A stretch of DNA of 64,000 nt. Source: Tubiluchus corallicola. Lineage: Eukaryota > Animalia > Priapulida. Each line of letters starts with the position of its first letter. The stretch's first letter is position 1. Below are positions 51,080-63,976 of the stretch, piece after piece. The notes beneath the pieces were generated by a model that did no database searches, had not been told where the DNA came from, and was given only the letters and a program-made list of their open reading frames with translations. The stretch is taken from contig JAQGDQ010000106.1 in the NCBI GenBank assembly GCA_030141605.1, forward strand, positions 372,001 through 436,000, given 5' to 3'. The position numbers and the translations under genes are program-made.

Positions 51080-52403
51080 TTCATTTTATTTTTCTAAAAC
51101 AACAATTTTTGCAATTTTATAATAAAAAATGAAAATTATATAAATGAGAAGGGGCAGCGAAGGGACCATACGGACATCAGGTCAGCTGCCTCTATAATAA
51201 TAGCTTATTGCAACAGTTAACGTATATAAGAACTTTGCAGTTTGTTGTAAAAATACACGAAAATGATGATAAAGACTTAGTCAATGCACAATATACAAAA
51301 CAAAAAGAGAATCAAAACTTGTTGGGCAAGAAAAACAAAGTAATAATCGAAACAAAATAAAAATATAAAAGAAGGAGAATAATTTGTTGCAGTAATGTAA
51401 ACAAAGCTCAAACAAAATGAAAATATAACACAAAAGAGAACAATCTAATGATCTAATCTCTAATATCAAATCAAAGCAACAAAAAAGAGAAAAAATAAAA
51501 GAAATCCCAAAATAAAAAAAGAATAATGAATAGCATGCTATGTGATATTCTTAAATGGCAGCAGTACTAATTTTGATTATATTGTGACATCAAGATCTGT
51601 TTATATTTTTTGATCAAGTTAAAGTAAGAGCTAGATGTTACTTCATTTGGCAGTGAGTTCCATAATGTGGCATCTTTACATCTTAGAGAATTTTGGCCCA
51701 TACTAGTATTGAATCTTTCAATGAAACATGACTGACTATATGCAAATCTGGTTGCGTAACGTTGTACAGTAGAAGCTGCGTTATAATAATTTAAGAATAG
51801 AGATGGCAGCATTTGGTGTTTAAATTTTAACATAAACTTTGCCAGTTCGAGCTGGCAAGTGTCCTGAAGTTTTAGAAGGTTGAGATTAAAATATAGAGGT
51901 GTCATGTGGTCCTGTCTATTAGAGTAAGTCATCACTTGTATCATACGGTTTTGTGCTGAGGTTACAGAGTGGATTGTTGTGGCAGCAGCGCAGCCCAAGG
52001 CTAATAAGCAGTAGAGTAAATGTGGTATGAATAGAATTGTATATAATAGCCTAATGGATGAAGAATCTAAGTAATATCTAACTCTGTATGCCAAGCCAAT
52101 AACTTTGCTTATCTTATGTGAAACATGCTGAATATGTGATTTCCAGGATAGCTTTGAGTCAACCAATACACCTAAATATTTCACTTCATTTGTGTGCTCA
52201 GTGGTATTAGTACCCATTTTAACGTTAATATCAGGTTCATTTTTGCGATTAGTGATAAGCATGTATTTAGTTTTTTAAGTGTTGACAGATAATTTGTTGG
52301 CTCTTAGCCACTCATTTATTTTCATCAATTCTTGGTTAACAGAAGTTTCTAAGGCTGTTATTTATCATAAATAAATTTGTGTCATATGCAAATCGACGTT
52401 GTA
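51080..52403 (-). mobile_element. 5'-truncated L2/Crack/CR1-group LINE (RT C-terminal half plus 3' UTR)
   Basis: Degenerate FAYDTNLF (F/YADD motif) at ~52393, then NQELMKINEWLRANKLSVN*KTKYMLI and VKYLGVLVDSKLSWKSHI, with the ORF ending at 51567. The 3' UTR has a ggcagc...gctgcc stem (51153-51190). Flanked by aataa at 51075-51079 and 52404-52408, a possible TSD. Confidence 0.85.
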
Positions 52404-52428
52404 AATAAAGATTTACAACAGCTGAGAC

Positions 52429-52871
52429 CAGTGGCGGCTCTTAGCTCAATTACTGGGGGTGCTGCTTTTTAGCCATTGTTTATACAGTGTAAAACAAAAC
52501 AAACATATGTAATTTTAATGTTGTAATTTTAAACAAACAAACATGCGAAAATTTATACATAAACTTGACAAAATCCTAAACAAAAAATATTGTTTGCTTA
52601 CGAACAGCCTAAATTGTCGCATTTCAAGAATGTGCCAGTACACAGCTTTTAAGCTCTTGACAACTGACAACAAACTATGTGAGCGACAGTACTTTCTCTA
52701 CCTAGCTTCAGACTGTAGCAGCTAGCATCTTACCCTCACGTGCTTTGGACCGCACAAGTATAAAAAGAGAACTAAAGAAAAAGGACTTTATTATATTAAA
52801 TATTATCGATAATACTGAGTAAAAATAGAGGGTGCAGCAGTTCCACAGTACCTATACACGAGCTGCCACTG
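52429..52871. mobile_element. hAT-type MITE (443 bp)
   Basis: Terminal inverted repeats cagtggcggctc (52429-52440) and gagctgccactg (52860-52871), one mismatch. 8-bp target-site duplication gctgagac (52421-52428) / gctgacac (52872-52879). Confidence 0.85.
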
Positions 52872-53107
52872 GCTGACACCAAACCTACAATAGCACCACA
52901 AGAGTTGAAAATTTTAGCTGCAGACAGGAAGCTGTGGAGTGCTCTAATAAAGGACAGAGGCTCTAAGTCTACAATAGATGCTTAGAACAACAGAAGAAGA
53001 AGAAGAAAAAGAACATTTGTGTGCTATGTTTTGAGAATAAATGGCAAATATAGACAATGTAGACAATATAAGCAACATTCCTCACTAAATGATGTTATTT
53101 TCAGTGA

Positions 53108-53121
53108 CTTGTCGTGACAAT
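53108..53121. promoter_or_regulatory. X-box-like palindrome upstream of CEP162
   Basis: cTTGTCGTGACAAt, about 360 nt upstream of the ATG of a centriole/cilia gene. It is an imperfect match to the RFX consensus. Confidence 0.35.
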
Positions 53122-53481
53122 AGCCAACAGAATTGCCTTAAAACCTTGCAAAAACCACCTGGCAAATCAAAAACAAGTTGGGTAGCTAAAATAAATTAGA
53201 TAAATAAAGATGTTCAATAACTTCAACCAAAGCTAGCTACATTTATGAGCAGAAGATCTTACACTGTTAGCCACAGATAGGTGATGGTGGAATACTCTAA
53301 GGGTAGTATAAGACGAGGATTTTGTTTTTGAAAAAAAAATTTTATTTGGCTTTTTAGTAATTACTGAATAGTAACACTGAGTAACCATTTGGAGAAAAAT
53401 ATGCATAGTTAATCGAGTCATATGATTTTAATATAAATTGAATGTACATATCTGCATTGTGGTTTAGCATAATATGCAAAA

Positions 53482-56400
53482 ATGGCGTCAAACCAACCTC
53501 GGGCAAGACCTCGTCTGTTTAAAACAAAATCTGAGTTAGATCGTAATTTTCAGGACTTCCTCCAAGAGGTGAGTTACATTCTGAATTTCGTCAATTTATG
53601 TTGTGATTTATTTATTTGTGATACAGAATCTGGCATTACAAAAAGTGTGGCGGATAAATGTCAGCTCGATTTTAGTGTTGTCCGAACTGTTTTGAGTAAA
53701 TTTTACAAAACGAACAATCTATTATACTAGCAAACCAGCCAAAAAGGAAAAATTAATTTTGATGCATTGTCTTCCAATCAGCATTCAGCGGTGAATCTTA
53801 GTTAAATGCCTTACTAATATAATAAAAAGATGTTTGCTATGCATACCTTTTAATAAACATCACTTACTTCATCTTTGCTAATTTGGCAGTTAGATTAGGT
53901 TTGTAGTTTTTTAGGTTTGATATTTACTGGCTTAGTTTTCACCTATTTTTTTGTTTAGACCTTAGAAGAATTATGGTTGTTAGACTAACAAATGTGTTGA
54001 TTCTTGAGTTCAGGAATTAACCGTGGGAATGTGGAAAACTCATTTTCTTTTTTGTCTGTTTTATGTTATTATGTTATTTCTCTTCAAGCTGTGTGTCATT
54101 GATTTTATCATTCCTGGCGCATTGCTAAAGAATTGCGGAAACATAAAAATTGGGAAACGCAAGTTGGTAAGCAATTTGCAGAAAAGCTGAATAAACAACA
54201 AGTGAAATCTAATCAGATTTTTTAACAGGCATCCTATTTTTCCAGCCCCTTTCTTCAGATGAATCTGCAGATATTCCTGTTACTGCGGAAACCAAGGAAA
54301 ACGACAAAAAAGATTCAAAGCAGTTGAATTTGGATTCTGATTCAAAACCAAAACCATGGTGGCTAAATGATTCAAACAAGAAACAAGGAATACCACTTGG
54401 TGACGACGGTCAGTATGTAAAAATATAACTGATTTATAAAATCAGATATTACAGTTATGCAGTTTGAATGGTAAGTGTACTACAGTAGTGGCTGCTTAAT
54501 AGACTCATATGACCCAATTAACCAATGGGTGTAGTATTACTGCTATAGAAGTATGAGTCATCAGCTTACTATGCATTGCAAAGGCTTTTAATCAGTTTTA
54601 GAAACGAAGTAATGCCTAAATTATTTTGGGCAGTTAAATGGGTTTTGATGTGCATTATAATTGTCACTTATTGTACTGTGTTTTCAGGAATTTCTGTGAG
54701 TCTATCAGGTAAAGTGTTTAGAACTGCAGCTGAACAATAAGTAAGAATATATTAATTATGATGAAAGTAATAATGCTGAACTGGACAGGTGGTACATAAC
54801 CCTTTGCAAGGGGTACAAAAACAAATAATAATAGAGAACAATTTATTACGACAAGGCATTGTTCAAACATTTGTAAATCTGTCATGCCTACAAAATTTTT
54901 TGTAGAAACCTCATACGTCTCACACAACCTTCAGTCTTGAAAGTGTGATTGGTGCAGTAACACAAAGAACTCAAGATCTGCCAACACATTTTATAGATGT
55001 CTAAATGTTGAATGCTGATCATATTTTTTGATCATCTTATCGTCCACTTTGTCTTTCTGGATAAGTCCAGTGTGACTGAGGTTCAGTGAATTTTGAAGCC
55101 ACTCAGTTCAATTGAAGAAATTAATTCCAGAGTTATCCGTTCTCTGCTCCGATCATACCCCCCAAACTGCAGGCTCTGGGAGACATGTGCGGCTAAAGGG
55201 TGTGTTAGATTCTCTATCATTTTAGCAATTCCTTGATGTAATTAATTGTTCTGTGCTGTTAATTGTTATTCTGTACCCTTCGCAAAACGTTATGTACCAC
55301 CCTGCATATTGAATCCATTTAAGTATGAAATGGATGTAAGTAATTAGTATTTTTTGATGTGAACTGCCCAGCTTGATTACAGTTATGGAGAATCTGTGAA
55401 GTGTCTGCAGCTATGGTTTTCAACCCTTTTAGGCTCTGGATCATCCACCAAGAAGAGTAAATTTCTTAAGTCGCCAAAAACAACTACAGCAAAAAAGACC
55501 TCAAAAGAGTCTTCGGGCTATGCTCCTACACTGCAGGCAGCATCCTCTGGTGGCAAACAAGGTTCTGAAAGCAAGAAGAGGACAGTCACTTTCTATGCGA
55601 GGTGCCAGTATATTGATATTTTATACAGAATTTGTACGTTTAACCAATGTTTGGTACATGACACATGATACGAAATACACGAAGGGCTGCTATTCCATAT
55701 TTGAATGAAAGAAACAAAACTTTAGACATTTACAAAAACACAGGAATGAAATGAATGAAATTTTGAAAAACTAATAGCAATGCACGAAAACCAACATTTA
55801 TATAGGAACAAAAACTTATATGACAGTGCATTAAATAGTTAATAATGAATAAAATTAGAATATTTTCTACCGACACCGCTGACTTTAAGACACTATGATA
55901 CACAGCTAAGGGAAACATGTGGTGCTATCCGGCACCAAAATAGGTCATAAGGGAAAAAATTGTTAAACTATTTATTTACTGATATATCCATTTTTAGTTC
56001 TGCTTGTTAGACATTTGTTAGGCCAATTATATCCAGTATGCTAAAGAATATAAGATCTAAATAGGCACTAAGTACTTTTAATATGCCACTAAAATATTTT
56101 TTTCTCAGAAAAGATAATTACGACAAAGTTGAATGTGCTAATTGCGATAATATGTGTAATAATATACTGATAATTGCATGGTAATCGTTTCACAGATATT
56201 TGCAAAAATAAAAAATAATGTAAATATTTTTAAGAACAGTTAGTATCTGACAAAAAGTTGTAACTGCTCATGGAAAGAAAGAGCCATCTAAGCCATAGAA
56301 ACTGACAGCCTGCTTTTGTTGATATGATTAACATAACCTCAAGCTTGGCATGTATGAATTGCAAGAAGATTTTAATTTCCTTTCCAATGTAGATAAAGTA

Positions 56401-59400
56401 GATGTAGATACATGTAGATGCTGAAGAAAGTAGATGATAATGCATGTAGTAGTTACAGCAGTAGTAGTAGATGTAGGTGCTGCAAAAGTAGAACAAGATT
56501 TAAGGTAGATGAGAAAAAAGTAATTTTTCATTTTGGGAAATATATTACTATGCGTCATAATGATCTTTTAATATCATTGCTGCTCTTCTTGGCTATTTCC
56601 TAGTAGAGAATGGCTGTATACATATAAGTTCATTGATCAGACAGCCAGTATGGTGCAGTGCAATACAAAATTACAGTAGTTTTTCTTTAAAAAATAGGGT
56701 TTGACATTATGGAACATTTTTTTAAAGCAGACAGTAGTACAAACTACGATATTCTTTCTTTTCTTTTCTTTCCTTTTGTCATGTTGTTCATGTCATGTCA
56801 TGTTACCTCGTATAGTTTGTTGAAAATGTTGGGACAATAGTTGACTTTTCAAGAACCTCAGAATCTAAAATAAACAATATATAACTAATGAGCACATCTC
56901 CTGTTTACTGCTGTCACAGAGTCACAGGCCATGTATAATGTAACACTACTGCTTCAGTTGTTGATTCTGACTTTATTATTATTACATTATTGTAAACAGT
57001 TAAAAATGTGACATATGCAATGTATTTTAACCTTTGCTGACCAATTTAGTTCTGCTTTAATTCAGTTTTTTTTTATTAATAGATCTATTTAAACTCTTAA
57101 TAATTGGAACAGCTAAAAATCTGTTTTGTACACCTTTTTAGCACTGGTATACAAATCCAAAATTTATGTTTTTTTGCTATTGTATAGAAAACAAAAGCTG
57201 TTAAAGGTTTATTGCGATCATTTCTCACAATTGAAATTTCATAAAACTTTTTGATATTACGCCCAATTTTTGTAGTTTCTGCCTAATAATCCATTGCTTA
57301 CAGCATAAATTTTATTATGAAATTATATATGATGGAAATATGACAAACATTTCACAAAAGTGCAAATTTGATGTAATACTGTACTGCTCCATCATGGCAG
57401 TTTATTTGCACTTAATTATTCTAGTCTAGCCCTGTAGACTGTTCAATAAAACTATGGTCGATTTGCAAGAAATTTTGTCAAAACTTGAAGTAAAGTTCAA
57501 TGTATTTACAAATGCTAGCTTTTTTATTGATTATTCTTTCTGCAAGCAGTTCTGTGTTAAGGATGCACGTACAAGTATAATGTTTTGAAAGTCTTGAAAC
57601 ACAATACTTAATTTTTTGCAGTGAAGTTAAAAATGCAGCAGCTGATGATCCAGATGAGCCAACAGGACAAAGGAGTGGTGAACATTTTATTAAATCAGCA
57701 AAACCAGTGTTGGATACACCAGCTATTCCTGCTCACAGCAACCTTAAACAACTGTCTCGTGACCTTGATGATGATAAACCTAAAGAAACCATGCTTTCAA
57801 AGGTTGCACTGCTCGATTCACTTGACTCCACACTCAATCTGACGCAGACATTGGGCACGTCACTGAAAGGTGGGCTGCCTAGCATACAGCAATCATATAC
57901 TGAGCTGCTTGCTTTGTTTCTTAATATTGGACTAATAGTAATTATAATCTGTTAATTGTATTAGTACATTGCTAACTACCTCCTATTCAGTGGGGAAACA
58001 TTGAATGTTTCTTTATTCTCTTATTCATCTTATTCACCCTTTGACTTCCACTTTTCAGTTTCTCCTAAATAGTATATTTCCGCATATGTCACTGTGTGCG
58101 AGCCAAGTACTATACATTGTATTATACATTTGGTATGGTACATGGTAAGTATTTTGGAGAGGGAAAGATTATCTTGTGTTCACAGTTGCTCAGCAATTGT
58201 TGACGTTTGTCCTGTGATACGTTCCTGAACTTTTGCTGTTCTTTATTTCAACTTAGAGCATTCAAACTTGTATTAGGCTGTTGGCAATGTTGGATAGTAA
58301 AGTCTAGCTCACATGTAGCTCTGAAGTGACATAAGTCTGTGTAAACCAGTTTTCAATTGGCCATAACAGTATTGTTTATACAAAGAAATTTTTTTGGTGT
58401 TTTAAAATCCTGTAGCTAAATCTTTAGTTTGTATAGTCAGTAATGGGAAGCTGAACTGAACAATGTTCATTTTAATAGCATTACCTCAATTTCGGACTGA
58501 GTTGAACGTTTCTTAATTAAAGTTTATTCTACTGTGTAAACAGTTGACATGCATGATTTGTGCACATTAGGCGAGATTGATTTTTAATTGTATTTATGCT
58601 AAAAACATGCAATTTATTCCTTGTTTCACTCATCATCCTTAATCCTCGGCCACCCAGAAATGGAGTGCAAAGATGCCCTAAGTATCTTTATTTCATTATA
58701 CCATTTTGCCATTAAGCTGCCAGTACCTGTTCTTTTCTGTGTTTAAATAATGGTCTGTATATTATAAGCTGGTGTCATCACCTTTGATCTTTCGTCACTT
58801 TCATTATATTTATTACAAATGCGGCATAGTGTATTTTCACCCCAGTGCAGGTATTGCTGTCATACTGACTTTCTCCATTAATTAGTATAGTATAGTATAG
58901 TATAGTATAGTATAGTATAGTATAGTATAGTATAGTATAGTATAAAAATTAGAAAGTAAACAAATGCTAAATATTTTATAGTGTGGGTAGGCTGGCTTTG
59001 AAATTTACTGTTGTTGTGGAAAAATGGTCTATGTTAGGCCTTGGAGGTCTTATTAATTAAAGTAACATAATTCACTAAATAAAAACATGCCTTCTGACAA
59101 TTTTCTTTGTATCATTTTTCATGTTTAAATTTAACACAGCATATGTCAATATAGCAGAGTAGTCAAATATGTTGTAGGCTGACTAACAGAAGTGAATCTG
59201 AAGCTGTGCAGTAGCGTTTCTTCTGCATTTATGCATAGAGTGCAATTTCACCTCATTGCCAATATTCATGGGACTATGATATAATTCTGGTGGCCGAGGA
59301 TTAATCTTTGTTATTTGTTAATATGACATCTTGTGAAATGTGAAGAGAATGACCACTTTATCTCAATTATATTGGGCATCTAAAATACATTGTTCAGATC

Positions 59401-62400
59401 TTTTATCTTCATTTAAATTATTTGAAACAAATTAAAGTTATTAAAACCAATGAAATGGAATACTAAAATAATTTTTCCTTGTTGACTGTACTGCCTGAAG
59501 CTTAGGTACCTAAACTAAACATTTGTAGCATTTTATTTGTTTAGAAAAATATCACCAAGCTATTCGGGTACTGCAAAGAACAGTTGCTGAAATCTAACAA
59601 ATAATGCAGATTTTTGGATAAACTTTATTTTATTAGATGCACAATTAGACACAGGCAGAGCAAACAGCAAGCTTGGTGTGGATCGTGCCAGCCCAGATGC
59701 TAATGGTGATTCTTCTGACAGTCAGGCATCACAAGTTCTAGCTCCCACTTCTAGTACATTACAAACTGCCTCATTATCACCAAGGTAGAAGTTAATTCTT
59801 GCCTATTTTCACTGTGTACTGGCTCACCCTCAGAAGCTGGTATTTCGTTTTAATTCGAGACGATTGCATCACTCTGCTGCTGAATTTTTTGATAAGTTTG
59901 ATAACACAACTTGAAACATTCATTTTGTCGTTAGTATAGTTTGTGGTAAACACAAGTGTAATTTATGTTAAAATATTTAGAGTGATACTATTCTGTTATG
60001 AAGCAGACTTTTGGACTGGTGTCAAAACTTGTGAATAAATTCAAATTTTCTAATTTTTTACAATTTTATGGGTTTATTTTGATGTTGTAGTTAGCTTTAT
60101 TAGAACAAATTTTTACATTGTTGTAGTGAACACAAGATTGGGGATCAAGCGAGTGATGTTGATAGATCAATGGACTCTTTAGAGAAAGGATTTCAAAGAG
60201 GCCAGGCAAGAACTTCAGAACCAGCTCCTGAAGTTAGAGACACAGTGGCTGAAAGTCATAAAAATGAGGTGGGACAAAGCGGAGACAGTTTTGGAAATAT
60301 GGATGACATTGTAAATATTCTGAATGATGATGCAAAATTTACAGAATTTGGTGGTATTGGAGATTCCTTAATAGGGGCAAAAGTTGCAACAAGCGACCAA
60401 AAAATTACACATCTGAAGGCGGAAAGAGGTGATAAAGAGACAGTGTCTATTGATCATTCCAGTGCTCTTCCTAGTAAACAGATGGGTATGTCAAATCGAA
60501 GCCATCTTGTACCAAAAAGGAGAGATCAAGATCTCAAAGAAGCCCTTCTTTTTCAAAAACCAAATGAGCAAGACCTGTTTAGCAGGCAGACACTGGACAC
60601 CAGTCACGTTCAGCTCACAGATGATATTCTATCAAAGGTCACAGAAATTGATGTTCACAATCAGGGACAAGCAAAAAGAGATACATCACCCGAACATTCT
60701 GGAACTAGATCTAAAAAATCTGCTGGAACCAGCCATGAAAGTGTCAACAAACTGGTGAATAAAAAATGATACTTTCTTATTTGTTGAAAGTGTTTTACAT
60801 GAGTTACAGTCATAGTAATCATATCACAATTAGCTTTTCACACTGATGTGAAATGATTTTTATAAATACAGCTTTGATAATTTACATATCTCCAATAATT
60901 TATTCAAAACTATCACAAAATGGGCTAAAGTTCTTCTTCTTAACATTAAATAACCATTGATTAGTTGTGTGTATAATTATTTAAAATGCAAAACGAATAA
61001 GCAAACTACTGTATGGTTTAGCCAGAGTAGTGGTCTGCTAATAGTAGATTAAGAATAAGAACAGAATTAAGAACAGGGCATCTCTACGAATGGGGGTAAG
61101 AAGGGTCTCTTAAAAAATGTTACGTAGCTCTCTGCTTCCATTCCAAATGGTTCTTCTGAATCAAATACTTGTAAATATGATTAGAATCGTTGTCTTCTGG
61201 AATTTTCAGGTATCAAGTGGAAAGACTTTACATTCTTCACCTAGCTTTGACCCATCAGAGAAAGAGGTTGAAGTTGATAAGAAGGTGTTGGCTGCTTATC
61301 AGACAGAGAATGAAAAACTGTGCAGAAAAGTGAGTAACCTTGATTTTTCCAACTTTTACATCAAAAAATGAAAAACTGTGCAGAAAAGTGAGTAACCTTG
61401 ATTTTTCCAACTTTTACGTCAGAGAATGAAAAAACTGTGCAGAAAAGTGAGTAGCCTTGATTTTTCCAACTTTTACATCAAAAAATGAAAAACTGTGCAG
61501 AAAAGTGAGTAACCTTGATTTTTCCAACTTTTATGTCAGAGAATGAAAAAACTGTGCAGAAAAGTGAGTAGCCTTGATTTTTCCAACTTTTACATCAAAA
61601 AATGAAAAACTGTGCAGAAAAGTGAGTAACCTTGATTTTTCCAACTTTTATGTCAGAGAATGAAAAAACTGTGCAGAAAAGTGAGTAGCCTTGATTTTTC
61701 CAACTTTTACATCAAAAAATGAAAAACTGTGCAGAAAAGTGAGTAACCTTGATTTTTCCAACTTTTATGTCAGAGAATGAAAAAACTGTGCAGAAAAGTG
61801 AGTAGCCTTGATTTTTCCAACTTTTACATCAAAAAATGAAAAACTGTGCAGAAAAGTGAGTAACCTTGATTTTTCCAACTTTTATGTCAGAGAATGAAAA
61901 AACTGTGCAGAAAAGTGAGTAGCCTTGATTTTTCCAACTTTTACATCAGAAAATGAAAAACTGTGCAGAAAAGTGAGTAACCTTGATTTTTCTAACTTTT
62001 ACATCTGAGAATGAAAAAACTGTGCAGAAAAGTGAGTAACCTTGATTTTTCCAACTTTTACATCAGAGAATGAAAAACTGTGCAGAAAAGTGAGTAACCT
62101 TGATTTTTCTAACTTTTACATTAGTTACAATTTAAATATAAAATTCTTGAATCACTAAGCTAAATACAAATTATAAGGCTGAATACAAACCTTGTGTAAT
62201 TATCTCTCTGTAGGTGTGGCTTAAGTATTTTTAGCTTTTTAATTTCCTTTGACTGTTCAAAGCAAATTAGTTTTTAAGCAACATTATGTTGAATCAAAAG
62301 CAACCTAATAACTTCTAACAAAAGAAGTCTTAAACACTAATAACTTCTTTCAAAAGATGCATGCCAATAAATAAAGTAATATGTTTATTTGCATCTAAAG

Positions 62401-63485
62401 TGAAAGCTTTGTAGCCAAATGCACACTGCATTCAGCATTTTTTTAAATTTTTTAACAAGATTAAAGAGATTGAGTTGACAAGGAAACAAGATGAGACCCG
62501 GATGATGCTTGAAAATCAGCAGCTGCAGCAACAACTTGCCCTTGCTCGGTAAGTAATTAATTATATGTGCAATGCATAATGACTTCATTAAAAAGCTGTG
62601 TTTTTCCATTATACAAACTTTGGAGTATATTTTACTAATTTACAAATGCGAAGTGACAATAAATAGGTGAGGGAGGATTGTAGTAGTCCTTGACCTTATT
62701 ATCTTTAGTACACATTTAGTATCTATTTACTGTTTAAGGCAAATAAGTGTCTTTTTGTGAAAATTAATGCTATTCGTTGGTATGGAAAACAAGTTGCATT
62801 TACACAAAGGAGTGTTCATTAATAATGTAAAAATTGTAACAGAATAAGAAAATATTTTTCTGTTATTCAGGGAGGAAACAGAACGAAAAACAACAGAAGC
62901 ATTTCAGGCAAAGAAAGATCTAAACCAGAAGGTAACTTCTTTGCGGCAAAGCAATATGAATCAGCAGCAGATGGCTAAGATATCTCTTCTAGAAGCTGAA
63001 CTTCAAATGGCTCAGGTAACCACTAATGTGCACATATTAAAAAAATCAATTTATATTTTCATTTTACTAGATGCATGCAAGCATTTATCACTGAGGTAGC
63101 TGCTATCGCCTGTGGTTAAATTTATGCTTTGTCTCCAGAACTGGTTATTGTGAGCATCGTTTCAATAATGCACTTCATCAAATAGCAAAGACTAGTGACC
63201 AGAAGAGGTGACCAGTACTTTTAACAGCCTACTGACTTTTCTAAAAAAATATGGAGACATATATATATATCATACTTGATAATTTTCTGAGCTAAGTAAC
63301 TGTGAAGGAAAATAATTTGTTTTATCTAGGAATCAGAATGTTCGTTAAAGGAACAAGTGTCACAGTTGCAGAATGCAATAACGAACAGAGAAACTCAGCT
63401 TGTTACCAATTATGAAGAAAAATTGGGAAGCAAAGAGGAGAGAATTGTGAAATTACGGCAAGACTTGCAAGCTGTAGAGGAGCAG
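53482..63485 (+). CDS. CEP162: Centrosomal protein of 162 kDa-like, 5' part (at least 10 exons; continues beyond the right edge)
   Basis: Phase-compatible exons: 53482-53568, 54246-54408, 55433-55601, 57622-57869, 59637-59784, 60127-60754, 61210-61329, 62460-62548, 62871-63015, 63330-63485. Motifs ELDRNFQDFLQE, KPWW, MLSKVALLDSLDS, AYQTENEKL and RMMLENQQL correspond to recalled CEP162 blocks (ELDEEFEQFMKE, VPWW, MLANVVLLDSLDS, GYQQENERL, RMFKENQSL). Confidence 0.85.
58883..58944. repeat. (TAGTA)n pentanucleotide microsatellite, about 12 copies
   Basis: Perfect tagta run in CEP162 intron 4. Confidence 0.95.
61304..62121 (+). repeat. 14-copy 58/59-bp tandem array (117-bp dimer) spanning the CEP162 exon 7 / intron 7 junction
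   Basis: gtgagt donors at 61330, 61388, 61447, 61505, 61564, 61622, 61681, 61739, 61798, 61856, 61915, 61973, 62032 and 62090, with strictly alternating 58 and 59 spacing. Confidence 0.97.
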
Positions 63486-63859
63486 GTGTCGATTAAGTTT
63501 TTTTTACATTTTTTCACGATTTGTGATCAGCTACTTGATTTACTTGACTGAGCTGTTGCTTATTCTGTTTTAGTCATTAGTAGCTGTACTGCTGTTGTTT
63601 ATAATGTCTCGCTAGTCACTATGAGATGCAGAATGTGTCAGCTGGATGCATATTTGCAAGCTGTGTGTCTTCATAAGGTTGAGAAATTCACTATTACATA
63701 GCTCTGTATGTTACAGAACTTTTATTTTTTGATTACACAAAATAGTAATTGCTTTCATATAAAAGTTTTTATTGCAAAATAAAGTATCTTAACAAATTTA
63801 GTGGTTTGAAATAAGTTAATGCAATTTTCTAAAAGTTCCATAAGACAGTGCAGCAGATA

Positions 63860-63976
63860 GTAGGGGTGAGCATTCTCTATTAGAAAGCGAATTCAAATCC
63901 AATCGAATTTTTGACTTTGGAACTCAAATTAAATCGAATAACAAGATTTCGATTCCGAATCTAATTCGAATTCAGT
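63860..63976. mobile_element. Probable left end of a hAT-like MITE
   Basis: Begins TAGGGGTG and is followed by clustered cgaat/ttcga subterminal motifs. The other end is not visible in the window. Confidence 0.45.

Larger units (their letters stand above)
50870..53012 (+). mobile_element. RTE-clade LINE 3' remnant, split by two later insertions
   Basis: 50931-51079 encodes LRCVGLLMKL...KRPSGKPKTIWISRIN. The element resumes at 52404 (NKDLQQLR) and at 52880 (LKILAADRKLWSALIK), then ends in a (GAA)n tail at ~52992-53010. These correspond to the RTE C-terminal motifs R.RGRP...W...I..DL and A.DR..W. Confidence 0.75.

Noticed and set aside
56230-56510. Possible extra CEP162 exon in gtagat-rich sequence
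   Set aside because: Stops occur in all frames after the candidate acceptor. Exon 3 already joins 57622 in phase.
61304-62121. CRISPR-like appearance of the regular array
   Set aside because: There are no unique spacers and no cas genes. The whole unit repeats, and it derives from a eukaryotic exon-intron junction.
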